In this document: positions 58,701 to 64,000 of the stretch, piece by piece | How positions within the stretch are numbered: position 1 is the first letter of the stretch | Layout of the letters: each line of letters opens with the position of its first letter | Source: Paraspadella gotoi | Taxonomy: Eukaryota; Animalia; Chaetognatha | Direction: 5' to 3' | Assembly (NCBI GenBank): GCA_051294375.1 | Contig: CM119263.1 | Location: 24,223,657 to 24,287,656, forward strand | DNA: 64,000 nt | Program-made: the position numbers and the translations under genes | Notes under the pieces: model-generated | The model's database searches: none | What the model saw: the letters and a program-made list of their open reading frames with translations, nothing else | What the model was told of the DNA's origin: nothing

Positions 58701-61700
58701 GGTTATGGGCGGCGCTTCCCACGCCAGCATGGGAACCTTTGCTAAACCAATATGTTCGTCGTAAATTCCTTCCGTAAATAAATCTCCAACCCACTTGGCC
58801 ACCATCAGCACGATCATTATTGGTAGACCGAATGATACGTTTCCTGTATAAACGTATCGTAAAATACATAATACGCAACATCAGTTTTGAATTAGCTCTT
58901 CATTGAGATACCTGTGGCTTCCATTAGAATAACAGTGAGAGAGATAGTCATCCGGACAACACCTCCAAGCTGAGCCGCAGCTCCTAATTTATGATAAATA
59001 GAAGATTAATTCACGCTTCAAAGTTAGACTGACGGTATATAACATAACCTACGTTCTTTTTACCTATGAGGGCGTATTTTCCAGGGTCCAGAACAGAAGC
59101 ACTTTGAACAGAAATAGAACTCGCCACATCTTTCATTAATCGACCGTACAAACGTCCCCAAGATGCGCCACATAACAGACTGAAAATAATTAAAAACTAT
59201 AAACAACACTAGTACAGAAGGCTTCATATAATAAAATGTGGTACACATTTTTGTGACCAGAACACGTTCCGAGGAAACTACTGGACCAAATTTATTGAAA
59301 TTTAGTATGAACGATCCCTATGTGAATATAAATAGAACTATCGAGGCAAATTTCAATATTTGACCCCTGAGCCGAGATATGGTCAAAATTTTTTTAAATT
59401 TGTTTCATTATTTTTGTTTTGAACAGTTGGATAGACGTTTACTTTCCTACAAAAACGTATTAATTACCACAGAAATATTAGTTAACCTTAATTTTCAGCT
59501 TAATGAACATCAGCAGTTCAAGTCAGTTTTGGAATAATTTAAAAAATTGGAAGTAAAATGATGAACCATGCATCTTCAAACTATTCTAGTTATTAAAATT
59601 TTTCAATTTAAGTTTTAAAATGTTTTTTTATATGTTTAAAACGTAAATGCACCTGATGCCACTAAAAAAATTTCAAAAAATGAAAAAAAACTTTAAGGTT
59701 TTTTTGGCCCCCCAGGGGTCCACCCCAGGGTTCTGTATCTCCTGTCAGGTTTGAATATTAAAATTCGCCAAGATAGTTCCATTTATATCGTCATTAAGAC
59801 TCGGACAGACAATAAAACTCGGATGATAACAATGATTCGATTGAGACATTGAGATTGGCTGCACACAAAATAAACGTAAGTAAATTGTTGACCCATGAAA
59901 TTTCTATAAAGCGGACCATCAATCATTTGGGTTCAGGTATATGAACTGCGGTTTTAGATGCGCCGCGAGTAATCGCGGAGCAACTCTATATGTCACTTTT
60001 AGGTCGGTCAGTTGGTTGCTCGATGCTCATTTGTAAGAAAAAAAATCCTCAAATTTAAGTGACTACTATCGCCCTCTTCAGGAAATCCTAAAACTATTAA
60101 AAACAAAAGACAGAATTCCGATGCAGTGCTGTCATAAATACATGGGCTAAGAAAGTTATTGTAGTCATATCATGTCACGTCATATCATATGTCACAAAAA
60201 ATTTTCATGATAAAGCAGTCACTGCGGCGCAACACATTTGAATTAACGTTCTTATTTTCTCTTTTCCCTCCCCCCGTTTTTTTACCATGGAATAAACAGA
60301 CCCGACGGAACAGAGAGTCCGTAAGTCCACAAGGCCAGAAAAAAGTAAATCGCAAAGAAGATGCCAAGAGTATGGAGATCGTAAGAATCTAAAAGAAAAC
60401 AAAGTGAACCCGAGTCTTAGGAATCACATTTACGACCCAAGTACCTGATGAGTCATGAAAGAGTTTCCGGACGCTTTTCTCCGGGTTTGAAGCAAAAGAT
60501 TCGCCACGGATGATACCTACAAAAAATATACAAGATAAATTCTGTTAGAAAATCGGACAAAATACCTCATACCTGCCCATCGTTGCAAAATCCTTGCACG
60601 GGATTCTCCATTTCTTGATCGGTGTATGGGTGGCAATCGTTGACAAAATATATGAAGAGAAAGAAAACGGAAGCAGAAACGCAAGCGACTAACACTGCTT
60701 CTGCCACCTTCGTCCAGGGCCGGGTAATGTTGCAGAGTCGAAATTTCGTCAGCTAGTTCGAGGTAGAAAAGATTCTGAAAATGTCTAACATGTTGATAAT
60801 AGCTTTTCTTACTTTAATATTGATAGCGTTGAATAATGCTCCAAGAAGTCCACCAATAACGCCGATCGGTATGAAGGTTAAAGGAATTTCCCAATACTAA
60901 ATATTAAAATTCACATTTCACTGGTAGAGTGTTCGATGAAACAACAGAAGTAATGTAATTACATTGTTTAATACCTCGTAATTGAGATTGGTAAATGATC
61001 CAAAATTAGAAGACCTTGATACTGAAGCTCCCCAGGTCGATGATGGTAAAAAACTGAAAAATACGTCAAGGAGTAAGGAAAACTCAATGAGTATGTACAT
61101 TGTACAAGGTGACACACGACAGCCCGCCGCAAAAAAATCGTCATTTGCAAACATGCGAAGATTTTTTTAATCTGAAAGATTTTTTTTGTAGTAAAAACCT
61201 AAATCATTTATATATCCAAATTTCATATTGATTGGTTATGATTTGACTTGGCAATGAGCGNNNNNNNNNNNNNNNNNNNNNNNNNGAGAAAAGTTGCCTT
61301 AAAAATTGTCTTTCATTTTAAAACTTAAACTTTTTTTTCAATCTTCTTGTCTCACCTTTTGAAAATTTTTTAAAAAACTTTTAGATAAAAAGGTATCAAT
61401 TTTAATATCTTCTGAAAGCTCTTGGAAATTTAAAGAGAATGATATATTTAAGAATATTGTAACATAAAAATAAGCCTAACCAGCTTTAATTTAATCAAGG
61501 TAACCAAAATTAAAATATTGAAATCCTAAAATATATTTTTTCAAATAAATAACCTATTTAAACTATAATGATTGAACCAATTATTGTTTATATAAGTATT
61601 AAAAAAAACTAAATTAAAATAGCTAATAATAATTTAATAATTATTCCAAACATGCTCTTTTGCAATCTTTAATTTAATGGTTATCTTAATTTTGATTACC

Positions 61701-63861
61701 TTTATTGATTTAAAGCTGGATTGACTAGTTTTTATATTACAGTATTTTTAATTATGCCATTATCTTAATATTATTAAGAGCTTTCAGAAGATATCAATAT
61801 TGATACCTTTTTATGTAAAAGTATTTTTAAAAATGTTCAGAAAGTTAGACAAAAAGATTGAAAAAAAAAGATTTGAGTTTTAAAATGAAAGACGATTTTT
61901 AAGGCAACTTTTCTCCGCTCATTGCCAAGTCAATTCATAACCAATCAATATGAAATTTGGACATATAAAAGATTTAGGTCTTTACTACAGAAAATTTTTT
62001 TCAAATTAAAAAAAATCTTCGGANNNNNNNNNNAGAAAGTTTTTTACCTCAATATCGAATTAAGAGTAAAATAAGAGATCATGGATGAAAAGAATATTCG
62101 CCAAGTAAGTCCTTGATTCCAAAAAGAAGCCCCTTCCTCCAAAGAGAAAAGAACACCGCCTACGGGCGCCCCAAAGGCAGCAGAGACGCCTGCCGCGGCT
62201 CCGCCGGACACAAAATCTCTTTTTTCATGGTCGTTTCTAAAACACATTTTAAAACGAATTATTTTTAATTTTCGTACAATTAAAAATAAAATTAATTAAA
62301 ACCTGAAATATTCAAAAATCTTGAAATCCTTATTGAGTAATCTTGAACGCCCTTGGGATATGCCAGCAGCTATAACCGCACCTAAATTACGTCCGATATT
62401 TAACGTTATTGTCATTGTCTTATGTCTTTGAATATAATTATGTAATCAATTAATATCTTATTAACTTAAATATTAGTATTACCTGAATGAATCATGGGTC
62501 CTTCTTTTCCAACAGCTAATCCTCCAGCTACTGAAAAAACTACACCTATAGCTTTGCAAATTAATGTTTTGATTCTAACAACCTGAAAGGAGTTAAAAAT
62601 ATTTTTTGAAAATTAAAGTAAATTAAGTTTAATTTTAGTCGGGCGAGAATACCTTTGGAATCTTTACTCCGTTTAAATAGCATTTTATTTGAGGTATGCC
62701 GCTTCCCGCGGCGACAGGTGATACATAGGCGACGAGGACAGCGGCTACTATAACAAGAACACAATTGATGCCAACCCAAGCGAAAAGAGGAACGGGAAAC
62801 GGATCGGTCTCGGTAAACCTAGGGTAAAATCGTTTTCCAAAAAATAAGGCATTCTATTTCTAATTATCACGTTGTTACGCTACCTCTTGTAAGTGCTTTG
62901 GATAACTTTATGCTTGAAAGTTGAAATTAGATCTATCATGATGTCGACAAAGACTGCGACCAAAGCAGTGAATATGCCGATGAAGAGCATGACAACCCAT
63001 CGAAGGACGGATCGTTTTCGAACAAAAGCTTGTCCTGGAGGGAAGCAAGAGTAAATCAGAAAATAAAATTTGACGAGTTTTCAATTCCATTGCCTTTTGT
63101 ACCTTTGTCGACTTCATCGGCGATATAAATCTTGTTGTGAAAATCTTCGTAATCGAGACTTTCAAATTCATTTGAGAGGGCGTGATCGAGTGCATCGTGT
63201 CCATCGCGGTTTCCTTTATATCGCTCCCATAAATTACGAATCCAACAATACTGATTAATGGGTTCAACCTACAAACAAAAAGACTCTTTAAAACGTAAAT
63301 AAAATTGGTAAACCAGAATTGACTATATTGGGGTACTTATCCCCAAAATACAATTTACGACTATTATGGCAACAGCCGGGTTGCCTGTGATGCCCATTGG
63401 GATGGGGCATCTCACTGTTGGTTTTGGAGGCTTCCGACCCTCAGTGACGCATCCAGTCACTGGCGCGGTTACCCTAGGACGGTCTCGCTTTGCCAACGCA
63501 GAGGGAAGTCGTTAGGACTGTGGATGGAACACAACGCCTGGGATGGTGTGTTCCCCCTCTGAGTCAATGGTATTGGCTGAACGATCGTGGTGAGAATATA
63601 CCACCACACTATTTTAGAAATGAAACAAAAACCTTCCTCCAACCAAAAATTATTTTGATCAGATCAATTTGTCTCAAGCCATCTAAGATTGCTTCATTAC
63701 CATAAATAATCAACAGGGCAGAAACTCACCCTCACGTCATCTTGGTTTTGAAGCAGAGAATCCTGAGTGTCCGATCTTATGGCACCGTAATTAGCGCGAT
63801 GATGGGGCATATTTGGGCTATCATTCACGCTGGATCGACGCAATATAGAACGACCCTCCAT
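52703..63861 (-). CDS. CLCN7: H+/Cl- exchange transporter ClC-7 (3' exons present twice)
   Basis: [72 protein letters not shown] domains ([14 protein letters not shown]). The ATG is at 63861. Clean 3' exons lie at 52703-56050 and frameshifted ones at ~57730-61050. Confidence 0.92.
54209..54978 (+). mobile_element. Non-autonomous Helitron-like insert (duplicated at ~59224-59988)
   Basis: It starts TCATATAATAAAA and has a subterminal hairpin CCGCGAgtaaTCGCGG followed by CTAT. It is intronic and noncoding. Confidence 0.5.
56636..56970 (-). pseudogene. Truncated, frameshifted duplicate of VPS18 exons 1-2
   Basis: A copy of 51619-51952 with 1-bp insertions, cut mid-exon at the duplication breakpoint. 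Confidence 0.7.
61157..62020. mobile_element. Fold-back/MITE-like element with long terminal inverted repeats
   Basis: gaagatttttttaat..tgacttggcaatgagcg(N)gagaaaagttgcc..tctgaaagctctt is the inverse of aagagctttcaga..ggcaacttttctccgctcattgccaagtca..aaaaaatcttc. Confidence 0.75.
63365..63608. mobile_element. Structured solo-LTR-like family B copy in the opposite orientation (TSD CTAT)
   Basis: ctat|tatggcaacagccgg...gaatataccaccaca|ctat. Confidence 0.8.
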
Positions 63862-64000
63862 AGTCAAAATTATTCTTGGAGCGTATTACGAAAAAGACAC
63901 ACGAGTTTGATTCCACATAGTAACTTGCGGTTTGTTATTTGGCGGGAGCGGCATATCAAGAGATTTATATTTTTTCAAGCGACATTAGTTAGTACGAATG

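Larger units (their letters stand above)
51619..61233. repeat. Tandem segmental duplication (~51619-56224 vs ~56636-61233) covering the VPS18 5' end and CLCN7 3' half
   Basis: The sequence is near-identical at an offset of ~5.0 kb. The second copy has many 1-bp indels. Confidence 0.95.

Overview
Gene-dense, intron-rich eukaryotic (metazoan-type) DNA with several N gaps. Eleven housekeeping or regulatory genes all lie head-to-tail on the minus strand, in transcription order CLCN7, VPS18, WASHC3/CCDC53, ZNF236, NOSIP, ZCCHC8, PTBP, SAP30, PHF14, TRIM33/TIF1-like and an alpha-carbonic anhydrase. Stop-to-start gaps are about 140-920 bp, which suggests an operon-like layout. The most notable content is intronic. 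Seven type-P5 twister-ribozyme-like motifs from three unrelated repeat families show mutual covariation, and in all of them P1 is replaced by a short palindrome. One family forms a complete miniature LTR element (47392-48043): LTR, tRNA-Trp-like PBS, 184-bp core, PPT, LTR, with a 4-bp TSD. Each of its LTRs carries a tRNA-like Pol III promoter followed by a twister, making it a candidate twister-based LTR retrozyme. The window also contains minimal Penelope-type hammerheads, a second solo-LTR-like family with a covarying RNA structure of unknown type, MITE- and Helitron-like inserts, and a ~4.6 kb tandem duplication that may be an assembly artefact. Gene coordinates are spans of multi-exon CDSs read by eye. 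No database searches were run.
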